Below, in pieces: positions 25,001-39,711 of a stretch of DNA of 64,000 nt. How positions within the stretch are numbered: position 1 is the first letter of the stretch; each line of letters begins with the position of its first letter. Both the position numbers and the translations under genes were made by a program. The notes beneath the pieces were generated by a model, which saw nothing but the letters and a program-made list of their open reading frames with translations, did not search any database and had not been told where the DNA came from. Origin of the DNA: Blepharisma stoltei ATCC 30299 (taxonomy: Eukaryota > Protista > Ciliophora); the NCBI GenBank assembly GCA_965603825.1, contig CBFDEM010000014.1:682001-746000 (forward strand). The letters are read 5' to 3'.

Positions 25001-28000
25001 AAGAATTTATCCCTTCAGTCGAAAATTGTGATAAAATCATTATTGGAATATTTGAAAAAAGAGTGCAGGAATCGTTGAAATTTATTAAAAGAGAACTAAA
25101 TCCTGAATTACAAGATTCTGAAAGAGAAAATAAAGAGATTGAGAATTTGAGAGGAATTAGACTTAAATACACTCAAGGTGAAGAAGCAAAAGAAAGCACA
25201 GAGAAACTTCAAGAACTTGTTAGAAATAATGGATTTGAAAATATTGAAGATGTGGATAAAAAAATAAAAGAAATTGAAAATTTTATTCAAAAATTCAATG
25301 AGAGGCTGGAAGAAGGTACTGTCGATGTTGATAAAATAGAAAATTCATATCTTTATATTGAAGAGTGCAAAAAAATTCCTGAGCTATTTGAAACAACTGA
25401 AGCAATTTCTAAAAGTATTCTCGTAAATTTGATAAATCTCTATAATAGAAATTTTGGCTCTTTAACTGAATTCTTCAATAGTGTTCCAATAAAAATAAAG
25501 GCTGAACGATTTACTGATATTGAGTCAATAAAAACATTTTCTCATCAGACTGCTTTGCGCTTTAAAGAAATATTATTATTAAGCACAAAGTCCCCCTCAT
25601 TTTCGAAATATTATGATATGGAGCCTTACTATAGGAGATATTCCACAAAACTTGATGAATTGGGCGACATTTTTAGTGAAAAGCTTAAGCTTAGTGATGA
25701 AAATAGCACTTTCCAAAAAATGTCATCGTTATTAGTTATAGTCAATGAGTTTGCTATTGTTAATGATAATTTTAAATCACTTTCAGCTAAGTATGAAAAA
25801 ATTCTAAGCACAAAACTTACCCAAACATGCAAAAGCATACTAGAATCAATTGAAATTCATAGCTTTGACAGAGTAAACCAACTGATAAAATGCCTTGATG
25901 AAGCAACTTGAAACGATAATAAAGACATTGCTAAAGACAGATCACATTTTACTATTGAATTAATATTAACAGAAGCAAAAGAAAGTGCTCTAAATATAAG
26001 CAATTCTAAGCTTGATCATCCCTTAATAGCTAAAATTTTAAAAAATATTGGCAAGGTCACATTAGCTAAACAAAACTAAATTTATGATTTGTTTGACCAG
26101 CCTAAAAGGAAAGCACTTATTGAGCTTGAAAAAGAAGCCAACAGAATTTTCTGAAATAAAATCATGGAATTTCTCAATTCAATTACTATTGCCATGCAAG
26201 CCTTCAAATTCAATGAAGCTGAAGAAAAAATAAAAGATATCCAAGATCTGAATGCACAAATCATTCCTTTAGAAATCGAAAAAGTTAGAAAAGAGATTGA
26301 TGATTTACAATTAAAACTTATACAGGGTATAAATAATTGCACAATCAAGGACCTTAAAGAATTCCCTCAAATTCTGGAGATTGAAGAAGCTGCCAAGAAT
26401 TATCCGGTTTATAGAGAAGCTCTAAGTGAAATTATTGGCTTTATTAATGAAAAGCTTGAAACAGCTAAAAACGCATTTCCTAATATGCTTCGCCCAGCAA
26501 AAAAAACATTGATTGATGATATTACTTTTATTTTAGGTGTTTTGCCTAAAGAAACTAAAGAAAGTGTAGAGATTTTAATCAAAGATTTAAAAAAAAATAT
26601 AAAAAAGCAAAAAAAAGAAATCAGAAAAAAAATTGATGATCTAGCAAAAGAGGAAAACATTAGTGAACTGTGCAAAACACTTCGTGAGCTAGATAAACAG
26701 GAATCCCAATCAGACACACAGTATGCAGAAAGCAAACTGAGAGAAATTTTAACGTCAGTTAAAAGCGAAATAGGCTCGGCTCTTTTTAAGAAAGACTGAA
26801 ATATTGTTTTTAATAAAGCACCAATTTTGACCTCAAAAGATGAACTAAAAGATTTAATAAATGACAGTGAAACGACTCTTTCAGAAATTTATCAAGGAAT
26901 TAATCAATTAGTCCAAAGGGCTTTGAGCACCCTGCTAAATATTGACAGCAAGGACAGCAGTGAAGAGCTTGTAGAGGCTTGGAAAATTTACGCAACTTTT
27001 ATGCAATTTAAAACTAAAATCCCAAAATGCTCTGACATTTTTGATGTCAATGATACCATTACAAAGATGCTGGCTGGGATTTCAACCTTTTATGCAAAAT
27101 TATATCAAAATTATATAAAAGAGCTGAGCGACTCCAACAATCTTCACACCTGCGATACAATTTTAAAAAAAATTAAAGACCGAGATGACTTTTTGAAAAT
27201 TTTTAAAATATTTTTAACAGAGCATCAAGGTGATAGCCTTTATGCTAATTGCCAGCAAATTTTGAAGATCCAGCCTTATTCTAGTTATGTAGAGAGCTTA
27301 AGTGAAGAAGTCTATAAAATAAGCGAGTATTTCAAAAACCTAAAAATTGAATTTTCTGAAATCCAACACCCTGCTATTCTTGAAATAACTTCCAATAAAA
27401 TCCAAGAAAAATGAAACAAATTAAATAGATTTGAAGAAATAAAAAATCATTTAAATCCAGAGATTATAGATTTCGAGAAAGCAAAATCAGCAGCTTTTGA
27501 GTCTGTGTTTAACGAAATAGATAAAATTGTAAAAAAAGCTGTTTCCTTGATTGAGAAAGAAAATGTACAGAAAGAAGATTTTAAAGAAATCCAAATCTGT
27601 CATAGCAGCTTGGCTAATTTTGAGAAATATTTAACAATCAAAGGTCTTAATTGAGATGAGACTGTCGGGAATATTAGGAAGAAGATTATTGACAGAGCAC
27701 ATGATTTAAGAAGCAGAGCAGAAAGATCAGCAGAGCCGAGAGAAATCGCAGAAGCTATGATAAGCATAAAAGACATTTCCAATAACTTTCCTTTATTAAA
27801 AAGAGAAGTAGATGGAATTATAGACTTATTTTTTGAAAAATTCCAAAAAAACATTAGGGATAAAGGATTGTTAGCAGCAATCACTCAAGAACTTGAATCA
27901 CGTCAAAGTGGTTTAGGTCTTAATATAATTACAGAACACAAATTCTTTGAAGCAGCAATGCAAAAAATATGAGCAAGCAAAACGCAAAAACATGGAATAG

Positions 28001-29291
28001 AATTTGCATTAAACAATATCAGGGGTGCTAATATTAATAAGAACGAGCTGGGTAACAAATACAAAAGCTACATTGAAAGATTTAATTGTATTCAGACAAA
28101 CTATTGGAGAATTTCGAAGACTGATGGAATTCATAGTGCTATAGACCAAATGGTTGGAGAAATAAAGAATTATTCAAAAAATCTAGCCGTGGACCCTTTA
28201 AGCCCAAATATAATCCAGTTAAAAGAGTCTTATCCAGAGCTTTTGGCTTATCTTGCGAACCTTTGGGGGCTTTTAAACATACAAAAATACCAGAAAGACG
28301 AAACTGACGAAGAACAAAAAAGTTCAATTTTTGCTCCTCATCCAATTCAAGTTCTCTCAATATTCCGTATGCTTGGAATTGGGTATGGAAGAGATGCCAC
28401 TTTCGGAAATAATTTAGTACAGATTCTTACTGGTGAAGGAAAATCCATCACATTAGCGTTTTTATGCTCCATATTAGCTTTAATAGGATTTAAAACATAT
28501 TGTGCCTGCTACAGCTCTTATTTAAGTAGACGAGATTTCGTTTATTTTACAGATTTGTATTCAACTTTAGGAATTAACTCGTGGATAGAGTATGGGACCT
28601 TCGATACGCTTTGTGAGAACTTTATCAACTATCACGGAAATATTAGAGAAATTGCGAATGATTTAATAAATACAGGAGAAATGAAGAAGTCAGCTAATGC
28701 AATTTCAGACCGGCCTACAGTACTTCTGATAGATGAAGTTGATTTTTTTTTTCTAAATCTTTTTATGGAGCAACTTATAACCCTATTAGATGTATTCAGA
28801 ATCCTAAATTCAAAGTATTGTCCGACTATATATGACAAAACAGAAGGACAATTAATTTTGACGCGCTTATGGATACAAATGAGTATAAGGACTGCTATCG
28901 GCAATTTCCAGGATTTGAAATAATTGTTGAAAGCGCTGTCAGAAGTATGGTACGAGATGTAAATCGTTTTAACGCTCATGAATACAAAGTTATAGACGAC
29001 GAAATAACCTACAAAGAGCACGATGGTTATACATCTACTACTTCATATGGATACGAAATTTTATTTGCCTATTATAACGAAAAAGAAAATGGGAAAATCA
29101 CTGAAGGAAATTTAGAAAAATATGTTTGTATTAATGTGGGATGTGGCAACTTCTCATATGCAGAAATTCCTCACAAGTTCAATTATATCATGGGAGTTAC
29201 AGGAACTTTAGAAACTTTGGAACCTTATGAAAAAAATATAATAGAAAATGAATATAATATCAAAATAAACACTGCATTTTCACGTCAATAA
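22053..29291 (+). pseudogene. Giant family copy C: most divergent, disrupted and 3'-truncated (no second RecA lobe, no vWA)
   Basis: ATG 22053; motifs GATGSGKST, DTPG, QILTGEGKS, DEVD, GVTGT. Lesions: ~40-codon deletion with frameshift near 23916, TAA at 26077-26079, -1 frameshift in the T10 run at 28743-28752. Homology stops at NIKINT (~29273). Confidence 0.85.
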
Positions 29292-29426
29292 AACTGTAAA
29301 TTTATTCTCAATCAAAACATTTTAGCATTTTTGATAACTAATTCTGCTAGAATGTTAGAAAAACGAGTATGGAAATTAAATGTATTTATTGTAATAGTAA
29401 TTTTATCAAATTGAGTAAATTTAATG

Positions 29427-32400
29427 TTAAGTATATGAGCGAGGATACATTTCATCATAAAGTTTTACAGCTCCTTCTCCAGCTGATTTTCTTAAAACTT
29501 CTTTAGAAACTAAATCAGTAAGCCTTTCAGCTCCTGAGCTTGAATTAATATCAAGAAACCCACTTTGGCCTTTTGTTAATCTTGAAATCTGTTCAAATAT
29601 AGTTTTAGGTGAATTTTTGACATAAAATGCATTTACTGGAATTTCCTTACTTATAATTTTTGTTAATTCTCTCTCGTAATATTCAACACTACTATATTTT
29701 GATCATGATCTTCTACCTCGTATTATTCTAAATTCCTCAGAAGTATTTGGAGGCGCATCTCCAATCAAAATAACTTGCGAGATTGTATCATTTTGTGAAA
29801 CCTTATTAACATGTCATAGTCCTACTTCAACTGCTTCGTCTTCTCATTCGCCACCCCAAGCCGTCACATTTTCCATAAATTTTTCCAACACCTCTGATTT
29901 ATTTGTTCATGGAGAAAATTGTAATACATCGTCTTCACTTTGACACCAATTTCTATAAACGCAGTATTGAAGCTGAAAGCAATCTTGATTTATATTTTTT
30001 TTTGATAAAACTGCACAGACCCTTGAAAACATAGCTTTCACAGTATTTTTAGCACTTTGCATCAAATGCGACATAGATCCCGTTGCATCAATTAAAACAA
30101 TTGTTTTTGAAGTTCCAATATCAATGCTGAGCCCTTTGTTGAGCTCATCCAGAAATGCTTTAGCTCTTGATATATTATTATGCTGAAGAAAACTCTGAAA
30201 TTCAACTGAACTATCATGAAGAGCTTTAGATTCCTTCACATGGTCAGATTCGTTGTTATTCTTAATTTGATTATATTTATTTCTTTTTTCATTTAACCCA
30301 TCATAAACTGTTCCATTATTTTTCATATTTTCAATATCGTTTTTTGAAACCAAAAATTTTTCGAGCTCACTATCTAAAAGGACCATGCTGAATGATCCAT
30401 CTTGGCCTTGCCTTGCAGATCTTCCCATCATTTGAGCTTCTTCTGATATATTTTCTGAAAAAAATACTTGGATTACATGCACCCCTCCATTGGTCTCAAT
30501 TTCATGGTTTTGGCATTTAAAATCAGTTCCTCGGCCATAAGCTCTTGTTAATAATGATACTGTATTTGGAACTGTGGCTTTTTTAATCATAAAAACCCTG
30601 TCGTTTACACTTAAACTTTCTGTCATGAGCTGAATTTCATAATCAGTGTGTTTTAGGTCCGAAATATTATAAAAATCCATTAATTTTTTTTCATCTTCAA
30701 AAAATACCAATACAGCTCTTTTGCATCCTGCTTTTATGCCTTCTATTTTGCTATTTATTTCAGACATTATCTTCATACTATAATCGTCTTTATTTTCTAC
30801 ATAAATGTCTTTGTTTTTTCTAAAACGACGATTACTTTCCCCAAACACTGATGGCATGTAAGTATTTAATTTTATATTGTATTTATTCTCTATAATATTC
30901 TTTTCATAATCACCTAAAGTTTCTAGAGTTCCAGTGACTCCCATAATGTAATTGAATTTGTGAGGAATTTCTGCAAATGAAAACATTCCGCATCTAATTC
31001 CAATAAAAATATTTTCTTCTAAGCTTTCCTGAGATATATTTCCCTTTTCTTTCTCAAAATAGTATGCAAATAATGTATTATATCCATAAACAATATTAGA
31101 TGAAACTCCGTCGTTTTCTTTATAGCAAATTTTGTCATGCTGTACTATATAGTTATGAGACTCAAACTGTCTTACATGATTTATCATATCTTTAACAGCC
31201 TCTTCAATAATAAATTCAAACCCTGGAAACTGCTGACTGCATAGCCTATACTCAGGCGCATTTCATATTTCCATCAGTTGAGGTGTTTTTCTTATTTTTC
31301 ATACATAATCAGTCAGCTTTTTTATAGTATCATGCTTTAGCTTAGCAAGAGGCCGATATATATTTCCATAGAAGGTTTTGGTGAAGAAGACATCTACCTC
31401 ATCTATCAAAAGAATTTTGGGTCTTTCTACTGCTCCACTATATGATCCTGGGCATCTTCCAAATTTGATAAAATCTAAAACAATCGCTCTGATGTCACCT
31501 TTTGAGTTAATTTCATCTTCACAAAGTTTGTTAAAAGTTCCATATTTTATATAGGCGCAAATATTTAGGGCTGTGTATAAAGGTTGGAAATCTTGAAAAT
31601 CTCTGTTGCTTAGGTGCTCGCTATAGCAGGCGCAGTTCACACTGAATCCTAACAGGGCAAGTATGGAGCATAAAAATGCTAATGTTATTGATTTTCCTTC
31701 ACCTGTTAAAATTTGTACTAGATTATTTTTATTATTTGTATTTCCTTGATAGCCAATTCCAATCATTCGGAATATTGATAAGATTTGTATTGCATGTGGG
31801 GTAACAATTGTAATTTCTTCATCTTGATCATTTATATTTTGATTATATTTTTTAATATTTAAAAGCACCCATAACATTGCAATATAGGCTAAAAGCTCAG
31901 GTATAAACTCCTTAAATAGGCTAATATCTGGATTTGAAGAGGTTATGGCGTGATTTTTGGACACTATTTCTATTTGGCTTAATATTTGAGAGATAGCATC
32001 ATCCGCCCCTTTATCGCCGGCAATACTTCAATATATTCTGTGCAGCTCACTAAAATGTTCAGTGTAATCCCTATGCTTATCTTCTAACTCTCGCTTATTC
32101 AAATTTGTACTTTTGATTTTATCTAGCGCATAAGCTATACCATGCCTCTGGGTCTTATTCAACCATATTCTTTGCATTACACCCTCAAAAAATTTATGTT
32201 CTGAAATAATATAAAGTCCTAGTCCGGTTGGATGTTTTTCTAGTTTTTCAAAAATTGCTACAGGTTTGGCTTTGTTTTTCTTCCTAAAAGTTTCTAAAAA
32301 TTCATCCATTATTCTATCCAGTCCTTCTTTTAATAAAGGAAAATTATTTGAAATATTCTTCATTTTTATCATAGAATCTACAATTTCTGTCACCTTAGCT

Positions 32401-35400
32401 CCATTTTCAGCTTTTTCTCTTAATTCAACAGTTTTATTAAAAATTTTGGCTTCAATTCCTCTGAGTGGCTTTTTTCAATCAAAGCCTTTGATTTTTAGAT
32501 TTTTCTCAAACATAACCAAGCAATTATAATAAATTCTAATTTTAGTAAATTCTTCTTCCCAGATTTCATCTTTATTTATCAAATGTGAGGCGTCCTCTAC
32601 AATTTTATTCATTTCTCTGGATATAGAATCAATTGCTCCTGATTCTATTTTTTCAAAATTAACAACATGAGGATTTAGGTGATTTTTTAAGTCTTCAAAA
32701 TTTTTTATTTGGTCTAATCTGTCTTGGATCTCATTAGCACAGTCTTCAAGGAGTTTTTGGTGCTTTATTTCATCATTTTCAATTTTCAAGTTCGCAAAAT
32801 AATTACCCAGTTGGCATAAAGCTTCACTTAAGTCTTCTACAAGCCCAAAATAGCGAGGCAATTTTTTAATTCTTTCATAATCAATGTAAAAGTGATGAGC
32901 TTGATATTGTGATAAATATTCTTTAAAAATTCTGAAAAATTCATCCCATTCTTTAAGTTTGTTTAAAATTTTATTGCAGCTATGGGCATTTTTGGGAGGT
33001 TTAAACTCTAAATAGCTTTTATTGAGATTTGCATAAAAATCTGAAATTCCAACTAGCATGCTTTCAATAGTATTGTTAAAGTTAAAAATATTTGAAACTC
33101 CTTTTTCCTTTTCAAATTTAATTTTAAAGTCCATAAAAATAGTATGACATTTTAAGGCCTCAATGCATTCTGTGCTTTCATCTTTATGATCAATATTTAG
33201 AAGAGAATTATAAGCATTTTCCATAATTTTCTTAAGACTCTGCTCAATTTCAGATAGAATTCAGTCACTGTCTGATATTATATCATTTAATTTGCCTTTA
33301 TACTCCAAAACCCAAGCATTTTTGAAAGCTTTGTCTCACTCACCTTTATCAATAGCAAGGCATATTTGCTCTTTAAGATTTATCAAAATATCTCTTAAAC
33401 ATTTTTCTATATAATTAGCTTCCCATGACAAATTAATTTGCTGTGAATAATCAGTTCTTTGCCAATAATTATTATTTGTTAATTGTGGTTTATTGACAGA
33501 TTTGAGGTACATGGCACATAATTCTGTTATATTTTGTTCTTTCGCTAATATATTGATTTTTTCCATAGTATATTTTTTTTGCTCTTTATAGTTTTTCTTA
33601 ATGTCATCAATTAAAATGTTTGCTAAATTCTTAAAATCACTTGGTAAAAGCTCTAAAATTGAAGATAAATCATTGATAATTGACTTTTTTTCTCAAAAGG
33701 ATTTTGTGAATATAGTGCGTCTTATGCTATCGAATTTTTCATGAATTATATTTTTAACTTGGTTAGGACTATCTTTATATTTTGGGAAGTCGTTTGAAGC
33801 ATTTTCAAATTCTTGCAAGATTAGCCTAGGATTGCAATCTTTAAAATCATTAATTTTGCATGACCTCATAAGATTAACTATTGAGCGTGGCATATCATCA
33901 AGCTTCTTTTGAACTTTAGAAAGATGATCTTGAATTCCCCATCCAAATATCTTAGGTATATCACTTTTCAAATCTTGGATATTTTTCATTTTTACTTCAG
34001 CTTCATAATATTTATGAGAGGTAATAGCACTTTCAATTGCATACAGAAATTCCATAATTTTATCCATAAATATCTTTCTAATGTTTTCCTCTTGTTCACT
34101 GAATAATTGAACAACTTCTCTATCAAAAAAACTATAAAAATTATTTTTAAGAGGAGCGAGTTTTTGAAAATTTGAGCACATAGCGCTTATTTGGGCATGA
34201 TCTAGCTTAGAATTGTTTATATTTAAAGCGCTTTCTTTAAGGTCTTTCAATAAATTTTCAATTTGACAATACACTTTTTCTTTAATTATATCTATATTTT
34301 GATTATAAGCCCCTTCATCAAGCATTCTTATTAACTGAATTGCTCTTTCAAAATTATAACTCTCAATTGATTCAATTATATTTTGGCACGTTTGATCTTG
34401 CTTTGAATTTTGTATTTTTCCATAATCAATCGAAATTGTTACAAAATTGTCATTAACTTTGGCAAAGTCATTAACAATAGCTAATAGCAAAGACATTTTT
34501 TTCAATTCATTTTTATCAACACAGATTCTAAGTTTTTCATTGAAAATTGCGCATAAATTATTGAGCTCATTGGTAAAATGATCAAAATGAGGTTGATATT
34601 TTAAAAATTTGAAAAATGATTGAGATTTTGTATTCAATAGTAAAATTTCTTTGAAGCTTAAAGAAAACTGATAAGAATTTTTTTTTATAAGGGTTATATC
34701 CCAAGGCCTGTAATCTGAAATATTTTTTGTAATAATATCAAAGCATTTTTTTGAAGAAAAAAGATTCTTATTGTAGAATTGAGATAATATGGAGAAAATA
34801 TTTGAAGAAAAAGGCTCGAGAATTTCAGATAGCTCAGGTATAGCTCTGCACTCCATAATATAGTTATATGAATTTTCAATTTTATCAATGTCAAGCAAGT
34901 TCTTCTCCAATTTTTGACTGAAAATTTCAATAAAATTTTGAATTTTATTTATTTCTGTATCAATTTCTTCAATATTTTCTAATCCATATATTTTTTGGAT
35001 TTCTTCCTTTTTTTCTTCTTCAGAGCATAAAAATTCTTCCCTAATACTTATTAGTCTTTTTAAATCATTTTTTTCCTTCTCAATGTCTTGCAACTCTGGG
35101 TTAAATTCCCTTTTTATTATTTTCAGCGTTTCCTCAACTCTATCTTTGAATTTTATTCAGATATTTTTATCATAATTTTCCAATGAGGGAACAAACTCTT
35201 TCAATTGAAGAATTGGGTTTAATTTTTTAACAATATTATATCCTTGAGAAACATTAAAAGGAAAATTGATTCCTAAATCAATTTCTTTTAATTCAAATAA
35301 TAATTTGTCAATATAACTTTTGATCTCTTTTTCTATTCCAGAAAGTTCATTGCTATAAATTCCTTCTCTGAATTTTTCTATCCATTTTCCTGACTCAAGC

Positions 35401-38400
35401 CAAGAGAAACAATTGCGCAAGTGGTTAAGATCTATGGATTCAGGAGAATTTATAAAAGATTTAACAATTTCTTTTGCTTCTTTTCTGAAATAGCTGATTT
35501 TATTTATCAGTGAATTTAACTTTCTTGATAAGAAGCAGAAATTAAATACTCTATATCAGGTATCTCCATTAAAAGGCTAAATTCATCAAATTTTGGTTCA
35601 ATTTCAGCTACATTATACGTCTCTTCATTATTAATAAATGATATCACATCATCCTTAGCCTTATCAAAGTATTGTTGATATACAATAATAATTGATTGCA
35701 AAAACTCCTTTATTTCTAATTTGGAGATAAGAAAATTTAAAGAATGAGTATCATTAGCTGATTTTATGATAGTTATATTTTTCTTAAGAATTTCTATATC
35801 GTTTTTTGCAATGTATCCTTTGTTTAATAGTGCAATTGATTTTTCACATCTTTGCTTTAAGCTTGAAACAAACTTATTTAAAATAATACTATATTTTTCA
35901 TTTAAGGAATCTAAATTCAAATGGCCTAAAACAATTCCTAATAATTTTTTTGCTTGCAATAAAGTATTAGCAAAGCTCTCAAAATTATCATTCTTCGTAA
36001 AAAATTCAGCAGAAGACAATAAGCTTTCAATAAGATTTATATATTCTCTACAAATACCTTCATAATTTGGTGTCACATCTTCAAATGTTTCACTCAAAAG
36101 TTTTGCATTATTTAATTGTGCTTTCAAGATATAAGAATCAATATTTTCAGATTTTAAGTTTAGATGAGCAAGACTGAGCTTCGAGATAATATTGGTTACC
36201 ATTGCAGCTGATTTTACTGTTTCGCCTTTTAAATGGCTTTCCCTTATTTCTTCTGACGTTTTAAGAGAATTATAAATTTCTTTATAAGCTTTTATATTAG
36301 CTTCATCTAAAGTTCCATGCTTATCAAGAAAGCTGTTAAACTGAGCAACTGTATTCTCATATGTATCATTAGTTTTTTTGATTACAGACTCAACACAGCT
36401 AATATATTGTGGCTCAAACTGTGCAAATTGGCTTGCTAGATATTTAAGATCGTCCAATTTATATTTTATTATCTCATAATTCATTGAATTTAAGGCCTTT
36501 TCAATATCTTTTGAATAAATCAATACTTGATTTTTTATAGAAAGGCGTGAGTCTTCAGTTATAAAACTTTCAAAAGCATTTTTTGGGTCTTCTATTGGCT
36601 CTCTTTCCAATATTTTTCTGATCAATTCTTGTGGATCATCTTTTAATGGGTCAATAGTTATGGCGCCGTTTTTAGTTTTATTTTTTATATCATTTAAAAT
36701 ATGGAGAAACGCTTCATCAGGTATCTCAATTTTTCTGATAGCATTATTCACCAACGCATGTATATTAGAAGCATCTTTCTTTTTATACTTTGTAAATGCA
36801 TATGTAAACGAATTGCTATATTTATTGAAATTAGGGACAAGTCTGGCCAATGTGTGGGCCAATTTTTTGACTCCTTCAAATCTATCACCTTCAGTTTTGC
36901 TGCTTAATAAAATCAATGGTCTGACACTTCTGCATTTTTTAACATATTCAACAATACTGATTGTGTTTGCTATATCAACTTCTGCTCCGCTTGTATCCAG
37001 TAACCCTGGAGTATCACATAGAAAAATAGTCTCTTGAGAATCTTTTATATTTATTGGCACCAAAGTGATGTATCTAGTCTCTGATTGTGCATGCGATGAA
37101 ATTGATATATTTTTTAATGTGGGATTTTTTATAGCAACTGCTTTGATATGCCTCACGCCATCTTCCAGAATTCTATCTAATTTGGATCCGCACAAAAAAT
37201 GAGTTGTTGTTGATTTTCCTGCACCTGTGACCCCAATCAACAAAATAATATCTTTATTTTCTATATTTCCAGAGAATTGAGCTGATTTGCTGATTAAGCG
37301 AGAAAGTTCCTTTATGTTAATAGGGCGAATATACTCTTTGAGGAGTTTTTCTGTGTCTTTAATTAAATTTTCCCAGTTTTTATTTTCAAAATTTTCCTTA
37401 AAGCTAAAAATAAGTTTTCTTGGGAAATTTCCTTGAGCACTTTGATTTAGAAATTCAAGAAAATTTCTGAACTCATCATAAGGATCTATAGTCCCAATTT
37501 TTTGGTGAATATCTAATTTTTGACTAAGATCATAGCTTTTATAATAGGCATAGCATAAAATGCTCGTTAAAAACCTTTCAGTACAGCGGGGATATGACAA
37601 AATATCGCTCAGCATTCCTTCAAGAAAATCTAGTTGCTTTATATTTTCAACTTCCTTAGGATCTAAAATTATCATTGATTTTAAAACAATTCTTTTGTAA
37701 ATAGAATTCAAATTTTCCAAATCAGCAAGTGTATTTTCTTCATTTTTTGCTTCTTCTAGTCTTTTTCTTTTAAGGCAAAATGAAATATTTTCTTTTGTGT
37801 CATATATCATTTCTTCCAATTTTTCAGGGTTTTCAATATGATATTTACTTAGCCCTTGCTCCAGCTCATATTCTAAATTTTCTGCATCAAAAGTATTTGC
37901 ATTATGCCTATTCTCTTCATTCTCCTCTTTCGCTGTTTTTATTTCTTTATGTAATTCTTGTAATCTTTCAAGTCCTCTTAGCCTATTAATTGCTGCTTCT
38001 TCATCTTCAATTAATTTTTTTCTATGATAAAAAGCAATATCTTCTTTCACTTCTTCAATTTTTCCAGTTAATTTATTTGCGTCATCAATTTCATAAAGCC
38101 TCATTAACGCATTCATTTCGTGCTCATTTTTATTTTCTGCATTATTTTTTTTCAGATTGCTTTTTTTGTCGTTGACTTCACTCTCACCAAGAGAATCTTG
38201 GATAATTTCAAATGAATTTTCAATGTTTTCTTCTTTTATAATTTCTATTTCTACACTTAAAATTTCGTCATTATTACTCGGGATAGTCAGCCATGTTTTC
38301 AGAGGGAGATTTTGGCTAAGGTCAATTAAAGTTGATCCAAATAGCTTTTTTTCATCAAGTACTTGCATATAAAAACTAAACGTCAGCGAATCAACAAGAT

Positions 38401-38593
38401 CAGCATCCAATTGAACAGGATTGAGTACTGAGATTTGAGCCAAATCAAAAGGGGGAGATTGAAAGATGAGCTGGGATGTATGGGAATTTGACAAAGTATA
38501 AAGGAGTTCTAAAATTGCATTCGGATCTGCTATTCACTTGAATTCAATTTTGGTAACCTTAAAGGCAAGAAAAGAATTAGTTCTACTAACCAT
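29427..38593 (-). CDS. Giant C2-like/GTPase/SecA-like/vWA family protein, copy D (~3,055 aa) with one 1-bp frameshift near 35518 (real or assembly error)
   Basis: ATG 38593; all other ORF-track breaks are in-frame TGA; stop TAA 29429-29427. Adding one T near 35518 restores YQESLNSLINKISYFRKEA, matching B YQNVLSSLINKISFFKKEA. Confidence 0.85.
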
Positions 38594-39711
38594 TTATTGC
38601 CAGATAAAATTTTCGCGAATATCAGAATAAAAATGTTGAATATTTATTTGATAAATAATTGGCACTTTTATTAAGGTAAGCGATGAAGATTTAGCATAGA
38701 AGCTGATCTCAATAAGATTTAAATATTTATTCACATAAATAGTTATAAATTAAATGATATTAGGCAGTTTAGTGTGGAGATAAATTTCTTAAAAAATAAT
38801 TTGTATTTAAAATTATAGCTAGATAGTTTTCAATTTAAATTATAGCTCCCTAAAAAGAAAAGAAATCGTTTCATAGCGAAGTCAGCAATAAAAAAACAAA
38901 AATTATTTTTTGATAAAATATAAATTTAATTTTTGTAGAATTTAAATGTTTATGATATATTGATAAGCATTTACGATATTAATAGTAAAATTATTTTTCT
39001 GAATTTAAACAAATATTAAATATTATCAAACTATTGTAAATTTGAGGAATATAAATCCCGATACAGATTTTTTTTGAAAAAGTCTCCTCTCTGACAAATA
39101 AAAATTAAACTTTATTTTATAAACCTTTTAATACAATCCTCAAAGTTGAAAAATTTTAATCATCAAAACGATCCTATATAATTAATAGAGCAAAATCCTT
39201 TGCTAGTTAAGCTATTTGCATAGAGAGAATAGCGGAAACATGAAGCTAAGGAATTTGACTTGAAACTTTCACAGATTCTATTCAGAGCATTGAGTTTTTG
39301 GATTTTAATTAAGACAAGTTTATTGACTGTTTGCCAAAATAGCTAGGAGAGAAAGCTAAGAATGACTGAAGAAATATCATCAATTGAAATTCAGGAGTGG
39401 TGGTTTCCACTTTTCAAGTCTCAGTTCCAATTTCCATGGGGAAAAGCTCTATCTAATTCTGAGCTGGGCTAGTCTCTTTAGTATTGCTGTTCCACCTATA
39501 GTCTAAAACCAAGCCTGTCTTTTTTCTTTTTCAAGGTTCCCTGTGTTGTGAAGCCTTCTGAAAAAGGATTTCAGCAAAAGTCCTGGCTCGCAATCCCATT
39601 TTAATATATGTTGATACGCTAATATAACTAAATTATTTTAAAGAAAACCTTAGCAAATATTTTGAAATTACTATAAAAAAGAAAGGAGATATTATTGAAG
39701 CTTATTTAAAG

